A stretch of DNA of 64,000 nt from Octopus vulgaris (taxonomy: Eukaryota). A model generated the notes under the pieces. The model was given only the letters and a program-made list of their open reading frames with translations, was not told the DNA's origin and did no database searches. This document shows, in pieces, positions 42,201 to 56,779 of the stretch. Numbering within the stretch: position 1 is the first letter of the stretch; each line of letters starts with the position of its first letter. The DNA lies in contig OX597820.1 in the NCBI GenBank assembly GCA_951406725.2, positions 25,544,001-25,608,000 of the forward strand. Reading direction: 5' to 3'. Both the position numbers and the translations under genes were made by a program.

Positions 42201-43355
42201 TTCTTCTTCTTCTTCTTTTTCTTGCTGCTGCTGCCATCCATAGCATGATTTTTCTTTTTCCAATAATACAATCCACTTGAGTGTCATCTATTTCTTCAGT
42301 TACAGTTCATCATCATCATCATCATCCATCGTGTATTATGGGTAGATGTAAGTTGTTTTTAAGCAGCATTATCTCCAACAGTGTCACCCTAACTTATTTC
42401 ATCTTCAACATCATAATCACCAGCATTAAAGGTTTATCAGCTGTATCATCATCATCATCATCATTGTCGTCGTCATCATCCCCATCATCATCATCCCTGT
42501 CATATTCATCATCATCACCATTTTCTTCGTCAGCATCATTTTCATTATCATCATCATCATATCATCACCACCATCCTCATCATTGATATCCACCCCCTAC
42601 TCTCGGGGTAATGGGTGTGGAAATTTTTGTCCTTGTCATCTGTTTCTGTATCCTTTTCCCTTTCATTAACAATCTCCATTACATCAATACATGTGGTTTG
42701 CTATTGTTTTTATTTTCGATCTCAAATTTTTAAATATATAGCATTTAATCTTGTTTGTGTACATGTGTGTGTGTGCATGAGTGTGTATTTGTGTGTGTGT
42801 GTGTGTAGGCATAGAAACAGGGGGTGCTAGGGGCATAAATGCAACTCTTAGCATTGTTTTGTTAGGGGTGGGATAATGAAAACACTTCAAACATCATCCT
42901 GAAAATCTTCAACAGATCTGAGTTTGCACCCCCTAAGCAAATTTCATTCCTACACTAGTGTGTGTGTGTGCAGGTACACATGTTCATTAATAGTTGTTAG
43001 AGTGTTGAGTAGAATGCCTTGTATTTGTTCTGGCTTTGTCTGCCCCAAGTTCATATTTCACTGATGTTAGCTTTGCCTTTTATCTTTTTATTTAATTTAT
43101 TTGGTTGGTGGGCCAGTGTTGGTGACAGTGGGGGCAGTAAGTAAAGAAGGAAATTAAGTAAGCCCAGTGCTGGTACTGTCCTCTCTCCTTCCAGCCATCA
43201 CAAATTGGATGTTTCACTAGGCCGAAGGAAGTGCCAGCAGGTTGAGAAGCTCACAATTGGTTGTCTGCTCACAATTGTGGGGCTTCTCGAAGCAACTCAC
43301 AAGACACATGATACATGTCATCTAATCATTCTTGATTATGAATGGTGACTGTAGT

Positions 43356-43397
<42 letters not shown>

Positions 43398-44698
43398 TTG
43401 TGTGTGTTTTGTGTGTGTATGTGTGGGTGGGTGGGTGTTGAGCACTCATTCTCATTGTTTACCATTTGCGTATATATATGTGTGTGTGTGTGTGTGTGTA
43501 TAATAATAATAATAATATGAGGGAATATTATTCCAAACTTACAGGGAAAAATTCAATTTAGAAATACTAAATCAAATTTCACAAAATATTAATATATATA
43601 TATAAATTAGAAAAAAAACACCTTTTATCAATTCAATAATGAAAAATTAAATTATACCATTTAGAAAGATTAAATATAAGATAAAGCATATAACGGTGGT
43701 TAAGTTAAGTGCAAAATAATAAATAAATAATAAATAAATAAATGTGTGTATTTGGGCATACCCAGTCTTGACATCCATGATGTCTGTATATGAGCATCAT
43801 TATCATACATGTGATATTGTTTCCAGGCTTCCATAAAAAAACATGTCCAGCTATGGGAAAACATTACCTTACTTGGAAATAGGTTGGGGTTGATGACAGG
43901 AAAGGCATCCAACCAAAGAAAATCTGCCTCAACAAATTCCATCTGACCCACACAAGCATGGAAGAGGGAGCATTAATGTTTCATTCAGTTTTATCTCTAC
44001 CTGTGATTTTCCTTCATAATGAATGGGTTGCTCTTACTGTGACCTGCCCTCACTCTGCACTATTGGTACTCTAACCTGCCCTCATTGGGTGGGGATAGCC
44101 TTGTCTTTCCTTACTAGCATCTTTTCACTCTTAGCCCACTTGCATTTCTCTCACTTTGACCTCCTTCCCTTTGCCATTCCAATCTCTTGTTGACCCCCAA
44201 GATGAAACCCCCTCCCTGCTGACTTTTCCCCACCTCACCCTCCCATATCTCCTTCTCACATTTACTTTTTCTCTTTTGACTTCTCCCTCCCTGATATACC
44301 TTCATTTTGATTTGCTTTCCTTCTCAGCTGTCTTCACAACAGCATGCTATGGCTTTGACCTCTTCCCATTGTGATTTGCTCTCCCTGTGAACTGTCTTCA
44401 AGTTCTGGCGCTCTCAATTTGAATCTCCATCATTCAAGCTTGTCTTCACTCTGACCGGCTTCTTCTTGCCTCCCTGTCTTCTCACTCGTCTTCCGCTTCT
44501 TGCCTTTCTATTCTCCTCTTTCTCTCTCCACTCATCTCTCCACAGCCTGCTTTCAGGTGCTTTAGCTTCATCCTCCATCTTGCCTGCCCCTTCAGAAATC
44601 TTTGCCCTGACTTCGGATTGCTCCTTCCTCCTTGCTTCATTTAACTTTCTCATCTCACCTGTCCATTCTGTTTTAGTTCCTCCCTATCTCTCTCTCTC

Positions 44699-44751
<53 letters not shown>

Positions 44752-45751
44752 ATAGAGTGTTTAGATCTAGATGTCTATTTTTCTCAGAAATCTCAGGCTT
44801 CCTCTTACATTTATTTGTCTAACTTCTCTCTCTTTCTCTCTCTATCTATCTATCAATCTATCTATCTCTATGTCTATCTATCTATATCTATATATCTATA
44901 TCTCTATAGATAAATAGATAGATAGATAGATATATTATATATATAGATATAGATATCTGTCTGTCTACCTCTCTCTCTGACCCAATTTTATTTTTGCCAG
45001 ATTCATTTCTTTTTTTTGCAGTCAGTTAAAAGCCTCTTTGTTTTTATCCCCACCCACCATCTCTCTCCAACCCATCTCTCTATCTATCTCTCTTTGTATT
45101 TTTCTCTAACTTAACCCATCTCTTTGTTCTCTCTCACTCCATCCTTGTCTAACCCATCTGTCTTTATCCCTCCCTCTCAAACTTACTCTCTTGCCCTTAC
45201 TATTTTAACCCATCTGTCCCCCCTCTCTGTCTCTGCTCAGGCCTTTTATCTCTTTCTTCCTTTTTCTCTCTCTCCCTTTCTCTGTCTGACCTGTCTGCCT
45301 TGCTATCTATATAACTATATTCTCACTACTTTTCAAGGTGAGCACCCTTTGTTATCTTACCATTGTAAGTATCTAGTCCTTTCAATGGTGTATTGTTCAA
45401 CATCTTTATAAATAGTTTTCTTGTTGCTTGGCACAGTAACCATAATGATACAGATTGATTCATAAGGTTAGCCAGTTCAAACCCACTTAAGTTGTTGTTG
45501 TTGTTGTTTTTGTTTTTGTTGTTGTTATTTAGCCCCAGGTCAGCCCAGTCAATATTCTTTATGATCAAAGGCTTTTCAGATGTGACCATCTCATGTTAAG
45601 GAATGTCTCCCACTCGATTATTTAATATGTCCTTCCATTTTTATGACACTATGAGTGATTTGAGAGAATTAGGCTACTAATTCTAGCAGGTCATGTAGTC
45701 ATATTGAGGCTGTGTTGTTAGCTCCTAAACTCAACATATATATATATATAT

Positions 45752-45904
45752 ATTTTCTCTCCTTGTTTCTTTCTGTGTTCCTTTCTGTAGAAGAGCGTAG
45801 GCTCGAAATGTTAAAGACTTTTTTACTTCCCGAGCATTATACTAATACATCTGTTTGTTGTCTACACCATCTATCTTCATCTTCTGTTTTTTTGTGAATT
45901 CTCT

Positions 45905-45909
<5 letters not shown>
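45752..45909 (+). mobile_element. Short hammerhead-bearing element inserted in (TA)n
   Basis: Flanked by TA runs; homologous to 18871-19090 (-) and 59044-59136 (-). Confidence 0.8.
45781..45816 (+). ncRNA. Minimal hammerhead, CUGUAGA+A core variant
   Basis: CTTT CTGTAGA A GAGC gtag GCTC GAAA TG TT AAAG; stem I CTTT/AAAG, stem II GAGC/GCTC. Confidence 0.6.
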
Positions 45910-45949
<40 letters not shown>

Positions 45950-46244
45950 ATGTTATTTGAGTTGCATATTCCACTACTGTTCTAGTCTCATTCCCACTTC
46001 ATCCTTCTCATCCCCTTTCCTTGTCAATGGTCTTTTGCCATGTATTTTTTTTTCTTTTTAGGGCAGCCTGCTGCACTTTTCCCCACAGGCTGCCGCCACT
46101 TTAGTGCACCATTCAATCACTTTCTCAATGTTGTCTAGGGACATGTCCAATCCAGTTCCAGTGTATGCATCTCTTATTTCATCACTAATCCTGTTGATGT
46201 TGATCACCCTGGCTCCACTTCTTCACAGAATTACACATATTACA

Positions 46245-46475
46245 AGGCGGCGAGCTGGCAGAAACGTTAGCACGTCAGGCGAAGTGCTTAGTGGTATTTC
46301 GTCTGACGTTACATTCTCGGTTCAAATTCCGCCGAGGTTGACTTTGCTTTTCATCTTTTCGGGGTCGATAAATTAAGTACAGTTACGCACTTGGGTTGAT
46401 GTAATTGACTTAATCCCTTTGTCTGTCCTTGTTTGTCCCCTCTATGTTTAGCCCCTTGTGGGCAATAAAGAAATA
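46245..46475 (+). mobile_element. Full-length SINE family A
   Basis: Perfect 18-bp TSD agaattacacatattaca (46227-46244, 46476-46493); tRNA-like head with ggttcaaattcc B box. Confidence 0.92.
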
Positions 46476-47453
46476 AGAATTACACATATTACAGTTATTC
46501 AGTCAACTGAACTACATCATCATCATCATCATTATCATCATTTAATATTCATTTTCTATGCTGTCTGCTTTGGAATGGTTTCTATGGCTAGATGCCTTTC
46601 CTAATGCCAACCACTTTACAGAGTGTACCAGATGCCTTTTATGTGGTACCAGCTGCAGTGAAGTCACCAAGTAACTTGCAAGACAAAGACCGCTCAACTG
46701 GGGAGGGGGAGATCTAGTCTTTTTCATCTGGAAAACGAGCCCCCTTTAATTTTGCTCAGATTGCTTTCAATTTTGGTGCATCAATGCAACGAATTACTTT
46801 ATCTCGTAAATTAAAGAATCTGATGTTATTTGGAATTAAAGTTGGGAAACTTGGGTAGTTTTAGCCAATCAACAGACAGTGAGGCATTAACAGTTTGTTA
46901 CCATGACAACCACACATTGCATTGTGCTTCACCTGCCTGTTGTGTTGATTCTTCACACCACGAGATTTGCTTAACCCACGTGTTTTGTTTTAATGAAAAT
47001 TTATATTTATCAATTAGAATTTTATTATAGATATTTTTCTTCAATTGTCTTAATATTTTATATATTTTTCATATATTGCAAAAGTTGTTTGCAATTTTTA
47101 TACAGTTTCTTGGCATTATGAAGGTGAATGAAACATGTGAACTTAGTACACAACCACACACCTACACTTCAAGCACAGTGCATCGGTGACTCATCAACTG
47201 AGTTTTGCCAAGCTTCAGGCACACGTTGACTCAGCTGGATTTATGATTTCGCTAGGTTAATTCTATTCATAAACATTTAAATTAGGAGTATTTCTTAAAT
47301 TGTTAGCTTCACATTTCAACAGCTTAACTGAAATTTAGTCCACATAACAGGGACTCTGAGGGATATCGGGGAAAAATGAAACTGTGGTTGATACAGATAA
47401 TTTGACTTTATTCTGCATGCAAAAACATATAAGATACAGGTATTCTTTTTATG

Positions 47454-47516
<63 letters not shown>

Positions 47517-47524
47517 ATATATGT

Positions 47525-47731
47525 TTATGTGTCTGTGTTTGTGTTTGTCCCCCCAAAATTGCTTGACAACCGATGGTGGTGTGCTTACGTCTCTGTAACT
47601 TAGCAGTTCAGAAAAAGAGATCGATAGAATAAGTACTAGGCTTACAAAGAATAAGTCCTGGGGTCGATTTGCTTGACTAAAGGCAGTGCTCCAGCATGGC
47701 CACAGTCAAATGACTGAAACAAGTAAAAGAG
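47525..47731 (+). mobile_element. 3' half of SINE family B
   Basis: Matches 14065-14272. Confidence 0.85.
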
Positions 47732-48050
47732 TATTAGTCCATGTCCAAAACACTAGCTTGTTAATAACTAAGTTAATTTAATAAATTCTTCATTATTTTG
47801 AAAATTAACTCAAATAAAGGCAATGTGGTTCAACGCCCTTCTCCCACTTTAATATCTACCTCTACTTCCCCACACTCACTTTTCTCAGCTTGAGCTAATT
47901 GAAGAGTCTCAACATCAGTGGTTTTCAACCAGTGTTTATATAGCCCAGGGCCATATAAGATTTTGTTATTAAAATTTATCTGAAATAAATTGATTGTACT
48001 TCTACAATGCACAAAATATTTGAATATTTCTATAGAATTCCTAATATTTA

Positions 48051-49032
48051 CATTTATGAATTTGTTTTGCAAAATTCCTGATGTGAAATATAACAGTTAT
48101 TGTTATATTTCGGGATGGTCATTTTCTTTTACTTGCCAAATATACACTCACACTATATATATTCGTTCTTTGCTTATTATTGTTCATATTGTATCCTTAT
48201 GTCCATTGTCTGGAAATCTTTCCTCACACATCTGTGACCTCTTCAGCAACTCTTCTATCCTATGTATATCCTCCTGTTCTGTTTACCATAAATCCTCAAG
48301 TATAATCCTTATTTTTCCCCCAAAATTTAAAGGTCAAAATCCCTAGTGTGTACTATATACGAGGTTAAAAATGAAAAATATTTTCTAAGCAATGACAGAG
48401 TCTCTATTTGCTGTCCGGCAATATTTATTCAAATGCATTTTGTGATGTCGGGCGGGAAAATACATTAAGCTAAGCCTGAAAGCAATGAAGTCATAAAAGA
48501 ATCATCCATAACTTGCAGTAAGCAACATTTATTAAAATAAAAGTATTCAGAACACAGAAAAAGATGTAACAAAAACAATTTGCAAACATATTTACATTCC
48601 CATATAACAGTTAAGAACATCACCATTATTGTATTACACATGCACGAAAGTGTTTGCTTGACTAGGTGCTGCTGGCTTAATCACGCATGACTCAAGTTAG
48701 AAAAGGGGTGCATACTATACACAAGGTTTAGGTTTTTCAGAGATACAGCCCCTTACAAAATCCCCAGCGTATTATACTCAAGGGCGGACTATGCTCGAGG
48801 ATTTATGGTAGTCCATTCTAAACAGAATAAGAGGATACACACAGGATAAAAGAGTCACTGAAGAGGTCACAGATGTGTGAAGAAAGATTTCCACACAATG
48901 GACATAAGACAGAATAATAACAATAATAAATGCCAATGGATATAAGGCAGAATAATAAATAATCAAAAAGATATGGTGCGTGTGTTTATTTGGCAAGAAC
49001 AAGAAAATCACTATCCCAAAATATAACAATAC
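48051..49032. mobile_element. Palindromic hammerhead-bearing element with 11-bp TSD
   Basis: TSD cctaatattta (48040-48050, 49033-49043); inverted arms with CTGAAGA-GGTCAC..GTGA-GAAA motifs at 48208-48252 (-) and 48851-48897 (+). Confidence 0.8.
48284..48810. mobile_element. TA-terminated Tc1/pogo-like MITE
   Basis: TIRs taccataaatcctcaagtata / tatgctcgaggatttatggta. Confidence 0.85.
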
Positions 49033-50530
49033 CCTAATATTTAATTATAAAAATATGATATGAATTTTTTAAACATCAAATGGCTATGAAGGATCATCCA
49101 AGTAAAATAGGAATTAAAGGGGTCCATAGATTTAAAAAATGGTTGAGAAACACTGCCCTACTTGATCGTTTGAACCTTATGGAAAAAAAAAAGAGAGAAA
49201 AGGTTATGCTAGATATGTCTTGGATATTCTATGTCTGAAAATAAGATAAGATGGTCATGGTTGGATTTCCTTTGATCGGCACTATACCTTTTCTGGAACC
49301 CCAAAGAGTAAATATATTGTTGATCTCATATTGATTGCACTAAATTAAGGATTTGGACTGAAAGCAGGGTGAGTGAGATGTAGGTGGGAGCTGAAGGAGG
49401 CAGGCAGACTGACGGACGGGTTTATGTTTTGAAGGTCAGCCTTCATATAGCATACCTAATATGTGTGGGGGAATGGATACATATATATGTCTATATATGT
49501 ATATATACATATCTATATGCGTATGTCTATATATATATACATACATTATATATATATATATAGATATGTATGTATTGTATGTATGTAAGTATATATATAT
49601 ATATATATATATATATTTCTATATGAAGTAACTCAAGGGCTGAGAGTTTCATGCATGGTAGTTATGAAACTCTGTGTGTGTGTGTGTGTGTATGTGTGTG
49701 CGTGCGTGTGTGTGTGTGTTCTCCATTTTGGCTACTATCCAGAGAGGAGTGCATTATAGAAATCAAAGCAATCAATGTGCTGAAGGTCAAATGACCTTCT
49801 TGAACAAACATGGATGAGGTGTGGCAGGTAGGAGGGACGGGTGAGAAATTTTCAAATTATAGGTATTTATTTTCTCATCAGTCTAGGAAGATGCTGAGGC
49901 TAAAGATGCTGCTGGTGGTGGTTGTGGTGGTGGTGAAGTTGATGATATTATTAATACTACCGACTCAGTAATTGCAATTCTATATGCATGACTGCAAACC
50001 TTTAAAGGAAATTCAATAATTTTAAATTTTAGGGTAGAAGATTTCGGTAAGACAAGTTGGTTTGATGTAGCACAGAGTCTGCTGCATGTAGCCAAAAATA
50101 AAGACAGAAGATGTGTGCAAGAGCAATGCCAAAACAAACTAAAAATAAAAAGAGAAAAAGAAAGAAAAAAAAAAGGAAACCATAAAAGGTATTGGAATGA
50201 ACTTCTCGAAATAGTTGTTAGTATAGTTTCGGCTGAATATGTGGATGATGAGGTCATCGGTCAGTTGGTGTATGATGTAACTTGCATAACGTAACAAAAC
50301 AGGTTCGGCCATGTCATTTTATCTTGTACTTGTCTGGGTCATTGGGTTGCAGCCGTTCTGGGACATCACCTTAAAATGGTTTAGTTGAACAAATCAACCC
50401 TAGTAAATTATGTGTAGGTTTACATCTGGTACTAATTCTATTGGTCTCTTTTGCTGGACTGTTTAAAGTATGGGGGCATAAACAAGCCAATACTGATTGT
50501 CAACTTGGAACAGGAATGGATAAACACACA

Positions 50531-50564
<34 letters not shown>

Positions 50565-51706
50565 CTCCAAAACACTTCTCCATAAAATAACCTAATGACC
50601 ACCCCACTCAAATTCACACACCCAAAGAAGATTTTAAGATTAGCTTAATGCATCGCAGTCCAACAATGTCTTAACTGGATGATACTTCAAAAGTCACTAT
50701 CAACAACATTCTCATTTAATAATATATATATACGTATATATACATCTAATATAGGATAAAATTTTTCAAAAAAATTTAATCAATGGCCAGCATATTAAAA
50801 AATACCTTTAAAGGTTAAATTTATAAACAACTTATAAACAAGGGCAAAAGAAAAAAATTCTTAATGCCAAATATGCCAAAATTAGACACATCATCCATAA
50901 CCATATAATTCATCACTATAAGCACGTATCTTGAAGAAAGCCAACAGAAATTTCTAAAAATTTCTAAAATTTCTAAAAATAAGTTGTACATATATATATA
51001 TATACATATATATACATGCATGCATATATATATATAGAGAGAGAGAGAGAGATGTCATCATCATCATTCTATATTCATTGTCCATGCTGGCATGGGTTGG
51101 ACGGTTTGACTGGGCTGGCACGCTGGAAGGCTGTGCCAGGATCCAGTCTGATTTGGCATGGTTTTCTATGGCTGGATGCCCTTCCTAACACCAACCACTC
51201 CAAGAGTGTAATGGGTGCTTTTACATGCCACCAGCACGAGTGCCATTTGCGTGACATCAGTATCTGCCACAACTGCAATTTTGCTCGGCTTGATGGATCT
51301 TCTTCTCAAGCACAACATAATGCCAAAGGTTTTGGTCATTGCCTCCATGAGGCCTAACACTCAAAAGAGACTCAGTCACTTTGCCTGTATGCAATAGGCT
51401 TCCACACAGTTTCCATCAACTAAATTCATTCACTAGGCAAAGATGGGGTGGTTACAATTGGAATGCATTGCTCTATCTGCAAGGTCAGAATTGACCCTAG
51501 GCTAAACAAGAAGCTTTATTGGTGTTGTTGTAGTTATGCGGTAGTACTGCAGACTGGAGAAAACATAGGAATTTTTAATTCATTTATCATATGACCCAAA
51601 TATAACTCTTTCATCTTATTAAAAAACTAATTTTATTTGCCCACCCCCTCATCTCTCACTCTCTTACACACATTCACACATACTCTATCTCTCTATATCT
51701 GTCTCT

Positions 51707-51759
<53 letters not shown>

Positions 51760-52808
51760 CTATCTGTCTATCTCTCAACCTATCTATTTCCTTTCTCTCC
51801 TCTCTCTCTCAATTCCTACTTCACTTTCTTCCTTTCACCTTTTCTCTCCTCTTTTCTTTTTCCCATCTTTATTTTCACAATCTCCAAGAAGGACAGTTCA
51901 CATAATGTAGTCCTAGATACACTATGTTTAAAAGAAAGAAAAAAACAGAGAAAGATAGAATGGTTAACCCTTTTCATACCAACTATCGTGGCACTGCCCC
52001 TGGATCTGTGATCCAATCTTCCTCTTTTAAAGTAGTCTAAATTAAAACCTTCCGTCAAAATTTCAGGTAAATAGATGTTCCAAGCACCAGATAAATAACA
52101 AGGCTAAATTACTCATTTCTTCGTTATTTTCAAAATTAATTGAAAAAAAAAGTTGGTAATTTTTTTTCAACAGAAATAAAATAATAAAAATGTTAAGCTG
52201 CTTTATTTAACGCTTAAAATATCTATCTACCTAGGTCTGTCTTTCCTTCTATTACACAAAATCATATTTTTAACAATATTCATATATAGATTTGAACCTC
52301 CAGTCATAATTTGTATGCAAGAATCATTCTGTTTAAACAGCAGCTTTAATAATAAACAAAGTCATTCGTTATACTAAATCCCTCCCAGTTCTTGATTATT
52401 TTCAAAATTAATTGAAAAACATAGGCAGTGTGTTTCAATAGAAATATGGTTGTGAAAGGGTTAGAAAGAAATTAAAAGCTTAGACAGCCAGAAGAATTTT
52501 TCTGCAAATATCTTTATTTGTAGAATAAAAATAGTTGGTTACATAGGCTTTTTTTTTTTAGTTTGTTTGTTTCATTTTTGTTTTTACTTTATTATTATCA
52601 TCATCATCATCATCATCATGGTTGGGTTTTGGGTTTTTTCTTTGTATTTTCTTATGAAATCTCCCACAGATCTTTATACTTAATCTCAGAAGCAGTACTG
52701 TGATTATGCATGGTGTTTTTGTGTCAAGCTAAAGTTAGAGCATCTGTACTTTAATGATATCACAGTTGTTAAACAAAATATATAAAAAATATATGCATAT
52801 CTGTATAT

Positions 52809-52847
<39 letters not shown>

Positions 52848-52965
52848 CATGTGTGTGTGATGGTTGTAAATGTTAAAAGAATGATTGTATCAATGTGTAT
52901 GTATGTATATATGTGTGTGTGTGTATGTATATATATGTGCATATATATAAATATATATGTGCATG

Positions 52966-52998
<33 letters not shown>

Positions 52999-53570
52999 AT
53001 GTATATGTGTGTGTTTGTATGTGTGTGTGTATGAAGGCATATGCGTGAACAAACATCTATATGCATTTTGTATACATGTGTTTTCACATACATATGGATA
53101 TATGCATGTATGAAAATGTAACATCCCACACTGCTATTTAAATTTCTTTCTGTATAAATATATGTGATCAATGCCAGGGCCGCCTGACTGGCTCCTGTGC
53201 CAGTGGAACATAAAAGCCACCTTCTGAACATGGTCTATACCAGTGGCCCCTGACAGGCTCCTGTGCCAGTGGCACGTAAAAAGCACTATCCGAACATGAT
53301 CAGTGCCAGGGCCGCCTGGTTGGCTCCTGTGCTGGTGGCACATAAAAAGCACCCACTACACTCTTGGAGTGGTTGGTGTTAGGAAGGGTATCCAACCATA
53401 GAAACCTTGCCAGATCAGATTGGAATCTGGTGCAGCTGCTGGCTTTCCAGACCTCAGTCAATCCATCCAATCCATGGCAGCATGAAAAACGGTCATTAAA
53501 TAATAATGATGGTGATGATGATGACTACAGCGACGACATCGACAATGATTTGTGTTTGTGTGTTTGTGTG

Positions 53571-53602
<32 letters not shown>

Positions 53603-54073
53603 CATCTCAAGATGTCAAATTTTACTTTACTGCTTATACATATAACATGTATGGACATCTCATGAATGTATGCATATGCACATGTATGTGTGTGTGAGTA
53701 AGTGTATGTGTGAGTGTGTGCGATTTTGATGAAGAATTTTACATTACTGAATATTTATTCACATAAGTGTGTGGACACGCATACACTTGTGTGTGTATGT
53801 GTGCATGTGTTTATAGCCGCATGCATGAATATGTTTGAGAATGCAAAATGTTATAATACTATTCATATGGGTATGCATGTGTGTGTTTTTGTGAGTGTGT
53901 GTGTGTGCATGAGAGAGTGGAGTGTTGATATGTGTATGTATGTGTGTGTTTGTGTGTGTGTGTTTGAGGATGAAAAATGTATTACTATTTGCATGTGTGT
54001 GTGTACACATGTGTATATGTGTTTATGTATTTGCAAATGCAAAATGTTATATTTTTGTTTATATGGGGATACA

Positions 54074-54121
<48 letters not shown>

Positions 54122-54396
54122 TGTGTGTGTGTGTTCATAAGAATGCAAAGTTTTTACAATCACTGAGATTTTCTGTAAATCAGCACAGCTTTTCAAACAG
54201 AAGTGAAGTGCAGACTGAAGTGTTGGGTTAAAAATACTTCACATTGTACATGCAGGCATGCTGATCGGATTGATCAGGCAGATCTTAAAAAGGAGCTATT
54301 AGTAGGTTCCAGATTTGGCCTGATTAAAATATAGTGTTAGATACACACACACACACACATGGATACCCATATAAATTCACATGTATTCATATAAAT

Positions 54397-56505
54397 CATC
54401 ATCATCATCATCATCATCATTTAACGTCCACTTTCCATGCTGGAATAGATTGGATGGTTTGATTAAAAACTGGTAAGCCAGGGGTCTGCACCAGGTTCTG
54501 ATCTGATTTGGCAAGGTTTCTACAGCTGGATGCCCTTCCTAATGCCAACCACTCTAAGAGTGTAGTGAGTACTTTTTACATGCCACCAGCATGGGCACCA
54601 TTGACAATGGTGTTAGCCACGACTGGTCTCACTTGACTTGACAGGTCTGCACAAACACGGTACATCACCAAAAGTCTTGGTCACCTGTCACTGCCTCTGA
54701 AGCCCAATGCTCAAATGGTGCTTTTTACATGCCACCAGCATGGGTGCCAGTCAGACACCACTAGGATCAGCCACAACTACAATTTCACTCAGTTCGACAG
54801 GTTTTCACAAGCGCAGCATATTGCCCAACGATTGAAGGGTGCTTTTAACAGGCCAGTTATGCAACACTGGCATTGGCCACAACTATGATATCACTTAGCT
54901 TAACAATTCTTCTCAAGCACGGCATATCTCCATTGGTCTCAGTCACTTGTCATTGCCTCTGTGAGGCCCAATATTCAAAGATCATGCTTTACCACTTCGT
55001 GCCATGTCTTCCTGAGTCTACCTCTTCCACAGATTCCCTCCACTGTTAGAGGTGCGACACTTCTTCACACAGTTGTCCTCATCCATATGCATCACATGAC
55101 CATACCAATGCAGTCATTTCTCTTGCACACCATATCTGATGCCCCTTATGCTCAGCTTTTCTCTCAGGATGCTTACACTCTGTTATGCATACACGTTGAC
55201 ATTACACATCCAGTGGAGCATACTAGCTTCATTTCTTACAAGTTTACGCATGTTCTCAGCAGTCACAGCCCATGCTTCACTGCCGTGTAGCATAGCTGTT
55301 TGCACACAGGCATCATACAGTCTGCCTTTCTCACTGAGCGAGAGACCCTTTGTTACCAGCAGAGGTAGGAGCTCTCTGAATTTTGCCCAGCTTATTCTTA
55401 TTCTAGCAGCTATGCTCTCAGAGCATTCACCCACACTTGCTCACTTAAATAATGGAAGCTATCAACTACTTCTAGTTTTCCCCTCTGGCATGTGATTGAA
55501 TCTATTTTCTGTACATTTTTGGTGTTTTTGTGCCTGTGCACCTTCCACACACAAAGACTTTCTTCCCTGTTAACTTTCCTCTGATATTGCTGCACCTCTT
55601 ATGTGTCCGTACCTTACACCAGGTACATCTTATGGAGTGACTATCTTCCCTGTTAACTTTCCTCTGATATTGCTGCACCTCTTATGTGTCCGTACCTTAC
55701 ACCAGGTACATCTTATGGAGTTTCTACCTATGCCTTTTCTACAGATTGAGCAGGGCCATCTACTTGAAGGGACTTATGATTTGTCTGCCTTTCTACTTAC
55801 TAAGACTTTGGTTTTTGCTAGTTTAACTCTCAGGCCCTTCAATTCTAGACCATGCTTCCACACCTGAAACTTCTTCTAATTCTGGTAGTGATTCAGCTAT
55901 AAGAGCAAGGTCATCGGCATAGAGAAGCTCCCAGGAGCAGCCTGTTTTTAATTCCTCTGTTATCCCCTGAAGGACTATGATGAACAAAAGGGGGCTAAGA
56001 ACTGATCCTTGGTAAATCCCTACTTGTACCCTGAATTCTTTGCTATACTCATCAACCCTCACCTTACTGACAGCGTCCCTGTACATGGCTTGTACAGTTC
56101 TCGCCAACCACTTATATATCCCTAGTTTCTGCATTGATCACCAGATAATGGATCAGGGGACCTTGTCAAAAGCGTTCTCCATGTTAACAAAAGAGGTTTA
56201 TCTTCGGCTTGGTATTTCTCCTGCAGAAATATAGCATCAGTGGTGCTTCTCTCTGGTACAAACCTAAACTGCATCTCATCTAAACTCACTTTCTCTATAA
56301 TTAGTTGGGCCATGATCCTCTCCATGACTTTCATCACCTGATCCAACAATTTGATACCTCTGTAATTATGTCTAAGGTGTCACCTTTACCTTTGTAGCAG
56401 TTGCTATGGGGCTACTACACCAGTCATTGGGTACAACTCCTTCATGTATCACCTGATTAACTATACAGGTGACTAGACCATAGCCTACACCACCGGATAT
56501 TTCTT
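54397..56505 (-). mobile_element. Decayed RTE-clade LINE (RT to 3' tail)
   Basis: Minus strand STTDAIF, GIYQGSVLSPLLFIIVL, LLYADDLALIA, RISWAKFRELLPLL...LHGSEAWAV; multiple frameshifts; (GAT)n tail near 54397. Confidence 0.92.
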
Positions 56506-56579
56506 CAGTGAAAGAGATGTTTTTTTTAAATCTATAGATCAGCATGCTAATCTTGTGTTTTACCATTCTCTCATTTCAG

Positions 56580-56732
56580 TGCTTACCACAGACATTTTAC
56601 GAGCTGCAAACTCTTCATATAATATTCATTGGTGTCAATGTAGTGATGTGGATATGCCTGTTTCATGCCAGTCGCACTGAGCCTGGTTTCTTGGAAAGGA
56701 ATGTCCCGGAATACCACCAAGCTATTAAACAG
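56580..56732 (+). CDS. Patsas: Internal exon of DHHC palmitoyltransferase (TM + DPG-type motif)
   Basis: Acceptor tttcag| and donor |gttag, phase 0 at both ends. CLPQTFYELQTLHIIFIGVNVVMWICLFHASRTEPGFLERNVPEYHQAIKQ; TEPGF corresponds to the DPG motif that precedes the DHHC domain. Confidence 0.9.
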
Positions 56733-56779
56733 GTTAGATTTCATCATTTTCTCTGTTTGTTGTCTTTATCTTTTATCCT

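Larger units (their letters stand above)
47916..49155. mobile_element. hAT-like MITE hosting nested insertions
   Basis: Imperfect TIRs cagtggttttcaacc / ggttgagaaacactg; no clean 8-bp TSD remains. Confidence 0.7.

Noticed and set aside
44414-44653. Charged 79-aa minus-strand ORF
   Set aside because: Arises from a CT-rich low-complexity tract; no recognisable domain or exon structure.
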